A stretch of DNA of 32,000 bases, taken from positions 5,663 to 37,662 of the forward strand of contig CALMMQ010000091.1 in assembly GCA_937868725.1 (NCBI GenBank). The letters run 5' to 3'. The notes beneath the pieces are model-generated. The model saw nothing but the letters and a program-made list of their open reading frames with translations. It was not told the DNA's origin and ran no database searches. Shown here in pieces: positions 1-9,099 of this stretch; the stretch's first letter is position 1; the number at the start of each line of letters is the position of its first letter. The DNA is from an uncultured Pleomorphomonas sp. (GTDB taxonomy: Bacteria; Pseudomonadota; Alphaproteobacteria; Rhizobiales; Pleomorphomonadaceae). A program made the position numbers and the translations under genes.

Positions 1-597
1 GACGCGCGGGTCGCCGTTGGCGAACGAGACGTGCGGGAAGCTCTTGCCGTCGCTGACCTTGACCAGCGCCAGATCGGTCTTCGGGTCGGTACCGATCACC
101 TTGGCGGCGTGTTCCTTGCCGTCGTTGGTCACCACCTTGACGTCGGTGGCGTTCTCCACCACGTGGTTGTTGGTGACGACGTAGCCGTCATCGGAGATGA
201 AGAAGCCGGAGCCCTGGGCCATGCCGTAGCGATGCTGCGGTCCGGACTTGGGGCCGCGCTGGCCGGGCGCGCCGAAACGCTTGAAGAAGTCGTAGAACGG
301 GCTGTCGGGACCGAAGCCCGGCGGCAGGCCGTTGTCGTCCTGGCCGGTGGCGACGGCCTCGTCGGTCTTGACGCGGATGGAGACGACGGCCGGCTGCACG
401 CGCTCGACGATGTCGGCGAACGAGAAGACGGGCTGGCTGGCCATGGGCGCGCCCGAGAGGTTTTCGGCGTGGGCCGTATTGCCGAAGATGTAGGTCGTCT
501 CGCCAAGGACGATGCCACCGAGGGCCAGCGCGAACACCGAGCCGACGAGCAGCGTCTTGATGCGCTGCGTGGTGGATTTTTCGGGCCGAGAAGTCAT
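1..597 (-). CDS. degP: DegP/HtrA-family periplasmic serine protease, N-terminal part (gene runs off the left edge)
   Basis: Not in the ORF track (no stop in window). My translation from the ATG at 597: MTSRPEKSTTQRIKTLLVGSVFALALGG (signal/TM), then ...VQPAVVSIRV...GSGFFISDDGYVVTNNHVVENA...TDLALVKV. This holds the trypsin-like His (TNNHV) and Asp (DLALVK) motifs. Its position downstream of cycL is the usual rhizobial synteny. Confidence 0.85.
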   Translation of the reverse strand, partial: MTSRPEKSTTQRIKTLLVGSVFALALGGIVLGETTYIFGNTAHAENLSGAPMASQPVFSFADIVERVQPAVVSIRVKTDEAVATGQDDNGLPPGFGPDSPFYDFFKRFGAPGQRGPKSGPQHRYGMAQGSGFFISDDGYVVTNNHVVENATDVKVVTNDGKEHAAKVIGTDPKTDLALVKVSDGKSFPHVSFANGDPRV

Positions 598-763
598 GGG
601 TGCATACTCCAGTCTTGAAGCCAGGGGAACGGTCGGGGGCGACCGGCCGGAGGAAACCGGCGTTCCCGAATTCCATGGCGTCATATTGGTCCGGAGCAGC
701 TGACGACAACCTTGCCGACAGATTAAACTTCCGTAAGGAAAAGGCTTTTTGGCGGCATGCCGA

Positions 764-1243
764 TCAGTCGTCGCGGTCAGACGGCTCGGCATCGAGCAGG
801 CGGGCAAGGCGGGCCTCTTCCTCGGCCGACAGCGTCGCATCGGCCGGAACCGCCAGGGCCTTGCGCCGTCGCCAGGCCCACCAGGCACCGCCGCCGGCCA
901 GGGCCAGCATCAGGGCCGGCAACAGCCAGAGTACCACGCCCAAACCGTGGAAGCGCGGCTTCAGCAGCACGAACTCGCCGTAGCGTTCGACGAGGAAGGT
1001 CTTGATCGCATCGTCACTGTCGCCGGCAGTGATGCGCTCGCGCACCAGCAGCCGCAGGTCCTTGGCCAGTTGGGCATTGGAGGCTTCGATGGACTGGTTC
1101 TGGCAGACGAGGCAGCGTAGCTCCTCCGACAGGGCACGGGCGCGCGCTTCCTGGGCCGGATCGACCAGCTGTTCCGACGGGTCGGCGGCCAGCGCCGGCA
1201 ACAGCGCCCCGAGCAGGGCCAACATGACGATGATGAGGCGCAT
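764..1243 (-). CDS. ccmH: Cytochrome c-type biogenesis protein CcmH/CycL (159 aa)
   Basis: C-terminal part of ORF 764..2917. It starts at MRLIIVMLALLGALLPALA (signal peptide), has the LRCLVCQNQSI (CXXC) motif and a TM segment. Its ATG overlaps the ccmF stop (ATGA at 1241-1245). Confidence 0.9.
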   Translation of the reverse strand: MRLIIVMLALLGALLPALAADPSEQLVDPAQEARARALSEELRCLVCQNQSIEASNAQLAKDLRLLVRERITAGDSDDAIKTFLVERYGEFVLLKPRFHGLGVVLWLLPALMLALAGGGAWWAWRRRKALAVPADATLSAEEEARLARLLDAEPSDRDD

Positions 1244-3231
1244 CAGCCTTCCCCCGCGATGGCGACCGGACGGGCGTGCCGGCCCGGCTTCGGCGCGCCG
1301 ACGCGCAGGCGGCGATCGGCCAGCGACAGGCCGCCGCCGACCATCATGACCAGCGCGCCGAGCCAGATCAGCGTGACAAGCGGCTTGTCCCACATGCGCA
1401 CGATAATGCTGCCGGGAGTCTGGCCGCTGTCGCCGAGGGTGACGTAGAGCTGCGAAAAGCCGTGGTTGCGGATCGCCGCCTCGGTGGTCGGCATGGAGCG
1501 CGTCAGGAACGTCCGCTTGGACGGGGCGAGCTGAAACTGCTCGACGCCGTCCTGTCGCACCGTCATCGCGGCCACGGTGGCGCGATAGTTGGCGCCTTTC
1601 TCGGCGCGCAGACCGTCGAAGCTGATCTCGTAACGACCAACCGTCTGGCGATCGCCGGGCTTCATCTCGACGATGGTCTCGCTCTGGAAGCTGGTGGTGG
1701 CGATGATGCCGAGCAGCGTCAGTCCGAGGCCAGCGTGACCGAAGGCGGTGCCGAAGGCCGACGACGGCAGACCGAAGAGCCGCCGCAGCCCGACGCGCCA
1801 GCCGACACTGGCGAAACTGGCGCGGGCCAGCAGGTTGGTGATCGCGCCGAGGATGACCCAGCTGGCCAGTGCCAGTCCGAGCATGGCGAGGATCGGGCCG
1901 CCGTTGCGCCACCACCAGACGAGGAGACCGATGAGCAGGCTGGCGGCCAGCGCCGCCCACAGCCGCTCGAGCGCCCCGGCGAGATCGCCGCGCTTCCAGG
2001 CCAGCTCGGGACCGAGCGGCACGACCAGGAGCGTCGCCACGAACAGCGGCCCGAAGGTCAGATTGAAATAGGGCGCGCCGACCGAGATGGCGCCGCCGAA
2101 GGCCGAGGCGACCAGCGGGGCCAGCGTGCCGATCAGCACCACGGCGGCCGATACCGACAGGAAGACGTTGTTGAGGACGAGCGCGCCCTCGCGGGAGACT
2201 GGCGCAAACAGGCCGCCGGCCGACAGTTCGCCGGCACGGGCGGCGAACAGCACCAGCCCGCCGCCGATGAAGGCGCAGAGGATGCCGAGGATGAACACGC
2301 CCCGGGCGGGGTCGCTGGCGAAGGCATGCACCGAGGTCAGCACGCCTGAACGCACCAGGAAGGTGCCGAGCAACGACAGTGAAAACGTCAGGATGGCCAG
2401 CAGCACCGTCCAGATCTTGAGAGCGCTGCGCTTTTCCATGACCAGCGCCGAATGCAGCAGCGCCGTGCCCGACAGCCAGGGCATCAGAGAGGCGTTCTCC
2501 ACCGGATCCCAGAACCAGAAACCACCCCAGCCGAGCTCGTAGTAGGCCCAGTAGGAGCCGACGGCGATGCCGGCGGTGAGGAACATCCAGGCCCCCAGCA
2601 CCCAGGGCCGCACCCAGCGCGCCCAGGCGGCGTCGATACGGCCGTCGATCAGCGCCGCGGCGGCAAAGGAAAAGGCAACGGAAAAGCCGACGTAGCCGAG
2701 GTAGAGCAGCGGCGGATGGATGGCGAGACCAACGTCCTGCAGCACCGGATTGAGGTCGTTGCCCTCGAGTGGCGGCTTGGCGAGACGCATAAACGGGTTG
2801 GAAGTCAGCAGGATGAAGGCCAGGAAGGCAGTGCTGATCAGCCCTTGAACGCCGAGCACGTTGGCCTTGAGCGAGGCTGGCAGGTTGCGGCCGAACAGCG
2901 CCACGGCGCCGCCGCACAGGCCGAGGATCAGCACCCAGAGCAGCATCGAGCCCTCGTGGTTGCCCCAGACGCCCGACACCTTGTAGATCATCGGCTTCAG
3001 CGAATGCGAGTTCTCGACGACGTTGAGAACAGAGAAGTCGGAAACGACGTGAGCCCAGGTGAGGGCCAGGAACGACAGCAGGATGGCGACCATCTCCGCC
3101 AGTGCCGCCGGTCCGGCCACGGCCATCAGGCGGCGTTCGCCGCGCGCCGCGCCGACGATCGGTACCGACGACTGGATAAGCGCCAGCGCCAGGGCCAGGA
3201 TCAGGGCGAAATGTCCGGTCTCGACGATCAT
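1243..3231 (-). CDS. ccmF: Cytochrome c heme lyase subunit CcmF/CycK (662 aa, polytopic membrane protein)
   Basis: ORF 1243..3231. N-terminus MIVETGHFALILALALAL... and the WGNHEGSMLLWVLIL and WGGFWFWDPVENASLMPWL (WWD-like) motifs are typical of CcmF. Confidence 0.95.
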   Translation of the reverse strand: MIVETGHFALILALALALIQSSVPIVGAARGERRLMAVAGPAALAEMVAILLSFLALTWAHVVSDFSVLNVVENSHSLKPMIYKVSGVWGNHEGSMLLWVLILGLCGGAVALFGRNLPASLKANVLGVQGLISTAFLAFILLTSNPFMRLAKPPLEGNDLNPVLQDVGLAIHPPLLYLGYVGFSVAFSFAAAALIDGRIDAAWARWVRPWVLGAWMFLTAGIAVGSYWAYYELGWGGFWFWDPVENASLMPWLSGTALLHSALVMEKRSALKIWTVLLAILTFSLSLLGTFLVRSGVLTSVHAFASDPARGVFILGILCAFIGGGLVLFAARAGELSAGGLFAPVSREGALVLNNVFLSVSAAVVLIGTLAPLVASAFGGAISVGAPYFNLTFGPLFVATLLVVPLGPELAWKRGDLAGALERLWAALAASLLIGLLVWWWRNGGPILAMLGLALASWVILGAITNLLARASFASVGWRVGLRRLFGLPSSAFGTAFGHAGLGLTLLGIIATTSFQSETIVEMKPGDRQTVGRYEISFDGLRAEKGANYRATVAAMTVRQDGVEQFQLAPSKRTFLTRSMPTTEAAIRNHGFSQLYVTLGDSGQTPGSIIVRMWDKPLVTLIWLGALVMMVGGGLSLADRRLRVGAPKPGRHARPVAIAGEG

Positions 3232-3241
3232 GCGCCCTCGC

Positions 3242-3697
3242 TTACTTGGCCGGGGCGACGGTGTCGCCCTGCTGCCAGACGCCTTGTTTCTTGAGTGCCT
3301 CGGCCACTTCCTTGGGCATGTAGCGCTCGTCGTGCTTGGCCAGGACCGTGTCGGCGGCGAAGGTGCCGTCGGTGTCCATCTGGCCCTCGATCACCACGCC
3401 CTGCCCCTCGCGGAAAAGATCGGGCAACAGACCGCGATAGCTGACGGCAAGCGTGTTGGCGGTATCGGTGACACGAAAGCGGACGGTCGAATCGGCGCCG
3501 CGCTCGACCGACCCGGTCTCGACGAGGCCGCCGACACGCAGGCGCTGGCCGGCGGCGATGGTGGTGGTGCGAATCTCCGTCGGCGTCCGGTACAGCGTGA
3601 TCTGGCCGCTCAGGGCGAACAGCGTCAGGCCGACAGCGACGGCGAGAATGCCACCGATGACGGCGATCATGACCAGACGGCGTTGCTTGCGCGTCAT
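3242..3697 (-). CDS. ccmE: Cytochrome c maturation heme chaperone CcmE/CycJ (151 aa)
   Basis: Internal start MTRKQRRLVMIAVIGG (ATG at 3697) in ORF 3242..3865. N-terminal TM anchor, OB-fold region, and the heme-binding motif LAKHDERYMPKEV. Confidence 0.92.
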   Translation of the reverse strand: MTRKQRRLVMIAVIGGILAVAVGLTLFALSGQITLYRTPTEIRTTTIAAGQRLRVGGLVETGSVERGADSTVRFRVTDTANTLAVSYRGLLPDLFREGQGVVIEGQMDTDGTFAADTVLAKHDERYMPKEVAEALKKQGVWQQGDTVAPAK

Positions 3698-3711
3698 CCT
3701 TGCCTGCCCTC

Positions 3712-4878
3712 TCACTTGCCGGACATGCCGAGTTGGTTCGCCGCCGCGTCGAATTCGGCCAGCGCGGCCGCGTCGTCCTTGAAGGCCTGGCGCGCCGAAC
3801 CGAGCGCCGCGGACGCCTTGTCCGGCTGGCCGAGTACCATATAGGACCGCATCAGACGCAGCCAACCGTCCTTGTCATGCGGCGAGGCGGCCAGCCGTTC
3901 GGCCAACTGCTGCACCATGCCGCCGATCATCGTGGCACGATCGCCAGCACTCATGCCGCCCGCCGCCTGAACGTCGGCAGCCGTCGGTCCCGGCGCGGGA
4001 TTGACGGCCGGCAGCGTCGCCGGCTCGGGCGTATCGGCCGGCAGCTTCAACTGACCGAGCAGTTCGGCGCGCTTGCCGCGCACGGTTTCGAGCCAGGGCG
4101 CATCGGCCGGCGACCGGGCGATGGCGGCGTCGATCTCGACGAGGGCCGCCTTGGCGTCACCGGCCTGACGCAGCGCCTCGGCCAGATAGAAGCGGGCCGA
4201 CGGCCGATCCGGCGCTGCCTTGACGACGTCGGCGAACACGCCCTGGGCCTTGGCGCTGACGACGCCACCGGCCGCTGCCACCAGGGCAATGCCATAGGCT
4301 TCCTGGGTATCGGCGTCGGCGGCGCCGGCGGCGACAACCCGACCGTAGGCATCGGCGGCGGCCTCGAAGCGATCGGAACGCATGTAGATCGGAGCCAGCA
4401 CGCGCCAGCCGTCGACGTCTTCGGGGTGGGTTTCGAGATGCCTTTCGACGCGGGCCACCATGGCGTCGACGTCGGTTTCGGCCGGTGCCTCGGTCAGGCG
4501 CGCGGCGAGCGGCGCATCGGCCAGTCCGGGATTGCCGAGAAAAAGATAGGTGGTCAGCACCAGCGCCGGAATGAAGGCGACAACGATGACGACCGTCGGT
4601 CCGGCGATCGGCCGGCGTGAGGCGCTCGGCGCGCCGCGTTCGTGGGCGGCCAGCAGGCGGCGGGCAATCTCGGTGCGGGCAGCCCCGGCTTCCGCCGCGC
4701 CGATCAGTCCGCGCTGACGGTCGCGGTCGAGTTCGCTCAGCTGGTCGCGATAGATCGCCGCGTCCTGGCCTTCGCGGGAGAGATCGGCAGCGGCCGGGCC
4801 AATCAGCGGCCGCACCACAACAAGCGTCGCAGCGACGGTCAACAGCGCCATCATCACCCAGAACAGCATCGGCCGCAT
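3712..4878 (-). CDS. ccmI: Cytochrome c biogenesis factor CcmI/CycH (388 aa, two TM segments plus TPR-like periplasmic domain)
   Basis: Start MRPMLFWVMMALLTVAATLVVV (ATG at 4878) within ORF 3712..4998. The RDQLSELDRDRQRGLI motif, a second TM segment and an Ala-rich TPR-like C-terminus are present. It sits upstream of ccmEFH. Confidence 0.8.
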   Translation of the reverse strand: MRPMLFWVMMALLTVAATLVVVRPLIGPAAADLSREGQDAAIYRDQLSELDRDRQRGLIGAAEAGAARTEIARRLLAAHERGAPSASRRPIAGPTVVIVVAFIPALVLTTYLFLGNPGLADAPLAARLTEAPAETDVDAMVARVERHLETHPEDVDGWRVLAPIYMRSDRFEAAADAYGRVVAAGAADADTQEAYGIALVAAAGGVVSAKAQGVFADVVKAAPDRPSARFYLAEALRQAGDAKAALVEIDAAIARSPADAPWLETVRGKRAELLGQLKLPADTPEPATLPAVNPAPGPTAADVQAAGGMSAGDRATMIGGMVQQLAERLAASPHDKDGWLRLMRSYMVLGQPDKASAALGSARQAFKDDAAALAEFDAAANQLGMSGK

Positions 4879-5029
4879 CACTCCAGCGCGGTGCGAATGG
4901 TCCGGCGACGGTTGCACGCCCAGCGGCAGACCTTCGCCGCGCAGACCGTCATCCGCCTGCCCCGCACGAATGCTCCGACATAAGCCAATCAAGAACATTT
5001 CTCAATTGGCGTCCGTCGCGCCTTTCGAT

Positions 5030-6424
5030 TCACTTCTGCGGTGGGGCCTTCCTGTCGCCGGCGCCCTGCGCCGAGGCGGAGGCGCGCCGCAGATAGCTGG
5101 CGTAGTCCTCGCCATTGACATGGGCGGCCACGGCGAGGAAGTGCTCGAAGACGCTGACCGCCGCCTGACGATCGTCGCCACCGCCGCGCAGACGATGACC
5201 GAGATCGTCGGCGTAGACCTGGACGGCGTGATCGACCACTGGCCGCAGACGGGACAACAGCTCGTTGACGGCGAGACTGTCGCGATAGGCACGCGCGTTG
5301 CCATAGACGGCGGCGAGATAGGCGGCTTCGGCGGCGTCGCTGTCGGCGGGCGCCCGTCCGGCCTCGATGTGGAAAGCCCGCCGCAGCGATGGCACCAACC
5401 GCTCGATCTCGGCCGACACCGTTTCGGAGAAGGTCCGGCGGATGGCGGCGAGACGCTGGCGCCAAGTCGGGTCATCGTTGATGTCGATGCTGGTGATGAG
5501 ACCGCGAACCGCCTCGTGAAAGCGCTTGATGCCCTCGCCGAGACCGTTGGGCCGGCCGGCGTCGCGACAACGGATGGTCTGGCGCTCGGCCATCGACAGG
5601 GCGGCGTCGACGAAGACACGGCCAGCGGAGCGGCGGATGTCGGCGGGATCGGACGACGGCGCCAGCGCGATGGCAACGGCGGCCAGTGTCGAGGTCGAGC
5701 CGACGCGATTGGCGAGGCCGGCAGCGACGAGATCGGCGTCGGCGGCGTTGCCGGCGAGATATTCGACGACGCATTCGATGACCAGGCGATCGGACACATC
5801 GCCGCCCGACAGTGCCGCCGGCATGCGTGTGGCCAGACGGCGCAGATCGGCCTCGCGCCCGAGCAGGCGGCGCAGATCGGCGAAATCGGCGTAGGCGATG
5901 TCGCCGCCGAGCCGTGAGATCAGCCGCTGCCGTGCCCGCGGATCGTCGTCCGAAGCCCGGTCGCGTTCGCCGAGAGCCAGAAACAGCGCCCGGCGCAGTT
6001 GCGTCGTCAGGCTGTCGCGGGTGGCGGGGCCGAAGTCGGTGGGCCGCGGCTCGGCCCAAATGCCGAGATCAGCCGGCAACAGTTCGCGGCAGGCGAAGGT
6101 CCAGATGCTGTCGAGGCTGGCGCGCTCGATCCAGCCGGGCAGGCGAACCGACAGGCGCTCATCAATGATGTGAGGAAGAAAGGGGGCGAAGACGGCTGCC
6201 TTGGCGTCGAAAAGCGCCGCACTGTCGGCGCGCCCGGGCTCCTGACGGGGCGGCTCGACCTGCGGCGCCCTGGCCGGCTCGGGTCGCTCACGCAGCAGTG
6301 GTTGGCTCACCTTGGCCGGAACGGGATCGTCGACCATCCGGCGGGCCAACATCGCCCGGGCGCCCGGCGAAAGACGCTCCATGAACGACTGCAGCTTTTC
6401 CCTGATGATCGCCGGTTCCGCCAT
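5030..6424 (-). CDS. Hypothetical protein (464 aa), predicted all-alpha, Arg/Asp/Ala-rich; no family recognised
   Basis: Long ORF 5030..6448. The ATG at 6424 (MAEPAIIREKLQSF...) has a GGGGA about 9-13 nt upstream; the 6448 alternative is a GTG. No TM segment, no motif I can name. Confidence 0.6.
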   Translation of the reverse strand: MAEPAIIREKLQSFMERLSPGARAMLARRMVDDPVPAKVSQPLLRERPEPARAPQVEPPRQEPGRADSAALFDAKAAVFAPFLPHIIDERLSVRLPGWIERASLDSIWTFACRELLPADLGIWAEPRPTDFGPATRDSLTTQLRRALFLALGERDRASDDDPRARQRLISRLGGDIAYADFADLRRLLGREADLRRLATRMPAALSGGDVSDRLVIECVVEYLAGNAADADLVAAGLANRVGSTSTLAAVAIALAPSSDPADIRRSAGRVFVDAALSMAERQTIRCRDAGRPNGLGEGIKRFHEAVRGLITSIDINDDPTWRQRLAAIRRTFSETVSAEIERLVPSLRRAFHIEAGRAPADSDAAEAAYLAAVYGNARAYRDSLAVNELLSRLRPVVDHAVQVYADDLGHRLRGGGDDRQAAVSVFEHFLAVAAHVNGEDYASYLRRASASAQGAGDRKAPPQK

Positions 6425-6925
6425 GCCCGAAATCCCCGGTGAGCGCACGAGTTAAACTATTCCCCAACATGCAGGAAAAGTCGTTTAGGATTGGTAAGGA
6501 ACCTGGCTAAATGTCAGAGGGACCTTTACGTCGCCGAAGTTGAACCGTCAGGGACGGCAAGCAACGACTGGAGCCCCCGACGCAAGGCGGCCGGTCAGTT
6601 GCCGGACCGGGCCGAAACGGGGCGAGCGGCGGGCCGGATCGGGCAAGGCAATTGCAATTTGCAACGCCGCGCCGCGCGGGGCGCCTCATGAAATCAACAT
6701 ATATGAATTATCGCAGTCGCTTGCGCTACATATTGGGCTGCGGATTTTCCAAACCGGAAACGGAATCGCAACCATGATCGACAATAATCCAGTTGTCGGT
6801 ACAAGGTGCTGCGTAACCGACCTACCGGTGCAGCATCCGGGCTCGCCCTCATCAGGTTCTGCGTAGGGGGCGGCCGACCGCCGGCCTCGGTCATCAACGC
6901 CACGGCGGCTCCGACCTCAGACTCC

Positions 6926-6963
6926 AAAATGCGAAAAGAGCCAGCCCCCTCAGGGGCCGGCTC
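6926..6963 (-). terminator. Rho-independent terminator downstream of the lipoprotein gene
   Basis: Minus-strand read: gagccggcccc-tgag-ggggctggctc (11-bp stem with one mismatch), followed by ttttcgcatttt. It lies 54 nt after the stop at 7017. Confidence 0.6.
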
Positions 6964-7016
6964 CGCATCTCTTACCTTGCGGCCACCCGAACGGGCGGCC
7001 GAGCCGTTGCTGGCAA

Positions 7017-7484
7017 TCAGTTCACCACCTGCCAGCTGCCATCGTAGTTACGGCAGGCCGTGCCACGGGCCACCTGCGGCTTGCCATCGATGTAGATGGT
7101 GTTGGTGTACTGGCGGCACTGCTGATTGTTGACCATCTGCGCCGGACCCGGCTGAATGGTGCCGTAGACGCCGGTCTGCTGGTTCTGCCACTGCTGCGGC
7201 ACGCCGCTGTTGAGGGCCTGAACGCTGGCGGCGTAGTTGTACTGGCGATCCTGCTCGTCAAGACGGGCACCGATCTGGTTGCCCAGGAAGCCACCGACCA
7301 GTGCGCCGGCGGCCATGCCGACGTACTTGCCATTGCCACCACCGAACTGAGAGCCGAGCGCCGCGCCACCGACGGCGCCAACCAGCGTGCCGAGCGTCGA
7401 CTTCTGCCCCATGGTGGGGTCCGACGCGCAACCGGCAAGAACGGTCGCGACAAGCGTGGTGACGACGATTTTGTTGAACATCAT
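7017..7484 (-). CDS. Outer-membrane lipoprotein, glycine-zipper / 17-kDa surface antigen-like family (155 aa)
   Basis: Lipobox MMFNKIVVTTLVATVLAGC. Gly-zipper GTLVGAVGGAALGSQFGGGNGKYVGMAAGALVGGFLG. C-terminal Cys-containing domain ...QQCRQYTNTIYIDGKPQVARGTACRNYDGSWQVV. Confidence 0.8.
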   Translation of the reverse strand: MMFNKIVVTTLVATVLAGCASDPTMGQKSTLGTLVGAVGGAALGSQFGGGNGKYVGMAAGALVGGFLGNQIGARLDEQDRQYNYAASVQALNSGVPQQWQNQQTGVYGTIQPGPAQMVNNQQCRQYTNTIYIDGKPQVARGTACRNYDGSWQVVN

Positions 7485-7713
7485 GTTGTTTCCGTCTCCG
7501 ATGAATTGACTCGCAGCTTATGAAGCACGCATGAAATCGAACTCTTGCTTGCCCTAATAGCCTGAAAACGTGTCCAAATTAAGAATCTAGTCTTATTTTG
7601 GCATTTGTTTCTGCCTGTTTCTATAACGGACGGAGAGTCCGTCGGGCAAGAGCCGTCCTCCACCTCATGCGTGAACCCCTTTCCTGTTATCCATGTCTCG
7701 TTGTAGCCCACCC

Positions 7714-9099
7714 TCAAGCGGCAGGCAGGCGCACCTCCACCGCCAGGCCGCCGGTTGGCGCCCTGCCAAGGGCAATGGAGCCGCCGTAGGTCTCGACGAT
7801 CTCACTGGCGACGGCCAGACCGATGCCGGAACCCGGCACCGTCTCGTCGAGCCGCTTGCCGCGTCCGAGCACGCTGGCGTACTGGCTCACCGGCATGCCC
7901 GGCCCGTCGTCGTTGACAGCGATCACCACCATGGGGCGATAGCGATCGGTGCCGTCGAGGCGCAGATGGACATCGACCTGCTCGCGGCCGAACTTGCAGG
8001 CGTTGTCCATGATGTTGCCGACGACTTCCTCAAGGTCGCGCCGTTCGATGCGGGCGGCGACGCCGGCCGCATCGACAATGGTTTCGAGGGAGATGACGCG
8101 GTCGGGATGGGCGCGGCCGATGACCTTGGCCAGCGCCTCGAGCGAGTGCAGCACCATGGCTTTGGCACCCACCACCTTGCGGTCGGCGGCGAGCCGGGCC
8201 CGGTCGAGGTAGCGCTGCACTTCCGACTGCATGGCGCTCGCCTGCTCGATCACTTTTTCCGACAGCGGGCCGCCATCGGCGCGCGCCTCGTTGAACATCA
8301 CGGCGAGCGGCGTCTTGAGGGCGTGGGCGAGATTGCCGACCTGGGTGCGGGAGCGCTCGACGATGGCGCTGTTGGCCTCGATCAGAGCGTTGAGTTCCTT
8401 GACCAGCGGACCGATCTCGCTGGGAAAGCGTCCCTCGAGATGACTGGCCTTGCCCTCGCGGATGGCGGCCAGCGACCGCGTGACAGCACCGAGCGGCCGC
8501 AGGCCAACGCGTACCTGCAGTACCGAGGCGATCATCAGGCCGAGGGCGAAGACGGCAAGGGTGGCAAACACCTGCACGCCGAAGGTCGAGATTTCACCAG
8601 ACAGTTCCTCGACGTTGCCGGTGACAAAGAGATCGAAGGTGCGGCCGCCGCTGAGGTAGACGCGCTGGGAGACCGAGCGCAACCGCATGCCGGCGGGATC
8701 GTGCGCCTCGGCCGTTGCAACGACACCGTTGTTGGGCGGTTCTGGCAGGTCAAGCACTTCGCCGAGCAGCGATTGGCTGGCGGCCACCACCTCGCGCGTC
8801 TTGGGATTGCGCACCATCCAGTACCAGCCGGACTGGAAGCGGCCGAAGCGCGGATCGCCCATGGTGCCGGCGTCGGGCGCTTCGGTCGGGCCGGCGTCGG
8901 CGACGACACCGGCCAGCGTCTTCTCGAACACGATGATGCGTTCGTCGAAGGAGCGGATAAGGCTGGAGGTATAGAGCTGCACCAGCAGCCAGCCGGCACC
9001 GGCCAGCGCCAGGGCGCTCCAGAGCAGCGAGGTGAGAATGAGGCGGATGGCCAGCGAACCGGTCAGGCGGTCGCGCCAGGCCGCGAGGTGGCTCATCAT
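7714..9099 (-). CDS. Two-component sensor histidine kinase (461 aa), FeuQ/PhoQ-like
   Basis: Two TM segments flank a periplasmic domain. H-box VGNLAHALKTPLAV; ATPase motifs DNACKFG, DDGPGMP, GSGIGLAV. The start overlaps the stop of the upstream regulator. Confidence 0.9.
   Translation of the reverse strand: MMSHLAAWRDRLTGSLAIRLILTSLLWSALALAGAGWLLVQLYTSSLIRSFDERIIVFEKTLAGVVADAGPTEAPDAGTMGDPRFGRFQSGWYWMVRNPKTREVVAASQSLLGEVLDLPEPPNNGVVATAEAHDPAGMRLRSVSQRVYLSGGRTFDLFVTGNVEELSGEISTFGVQVFATLAVFALGLMIASVLQVRVGLRPLGAVTRSLAAIREGKASHLEGRFPSEIGPLVKELNALIEANSAIVERSRTQVGNLAHALKTPLAVMFNEARADGGPLSEKVIEQASAMQSEVQRYLDRARLAADRKVVGAKAMVLHSLEALAKVIGRAHPDRVISLETIVDAAGVAARIERRDLEEVVGNIMDNACKFGREQVDVHLRLDGTDRYRPMVVIAVNDDGPGMPVSQYASVLGRGKRLDETVPGSGIGLAVASEIVETYGGSIALGRAPTGGLAVEVRLPAA

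Noticed and set aside
31-618. 195-aa plus-strand ORF, plus overlapping minus-strand ORFs 129..518 and 188..709, at the left edge
   Set aside because: These are shadow frames of the degP gene. The minus-strand frame ending at the ATG at 597 gives a clean HtrA-family sequence. The listed ORFs are Arg/Ala/Gly-rich nonsense, typical of off-frames in high-GC DNA.
598-763. GGAAC element (minus strand, 662-667) upstream of degP as a possible ECF sigma (sigmaE/EcfG-type) promoter
   Set aside because: The downstream element at the correct 16-17 nt spacing is GGTCGC, not the CGTT/TCnAA-type -10 I would expect. A -35-like pentamer alone is insufficient.
764-2917. 717-aa ORF spanning ccmH and most of ccmF in another frame
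   Set aside because: Only the last 159 aa (from MRLIIVML) look like a protein (CcmH). The upstream 558 aa are an Arg/Pro/Gly-rich off-frame read of ccmF.
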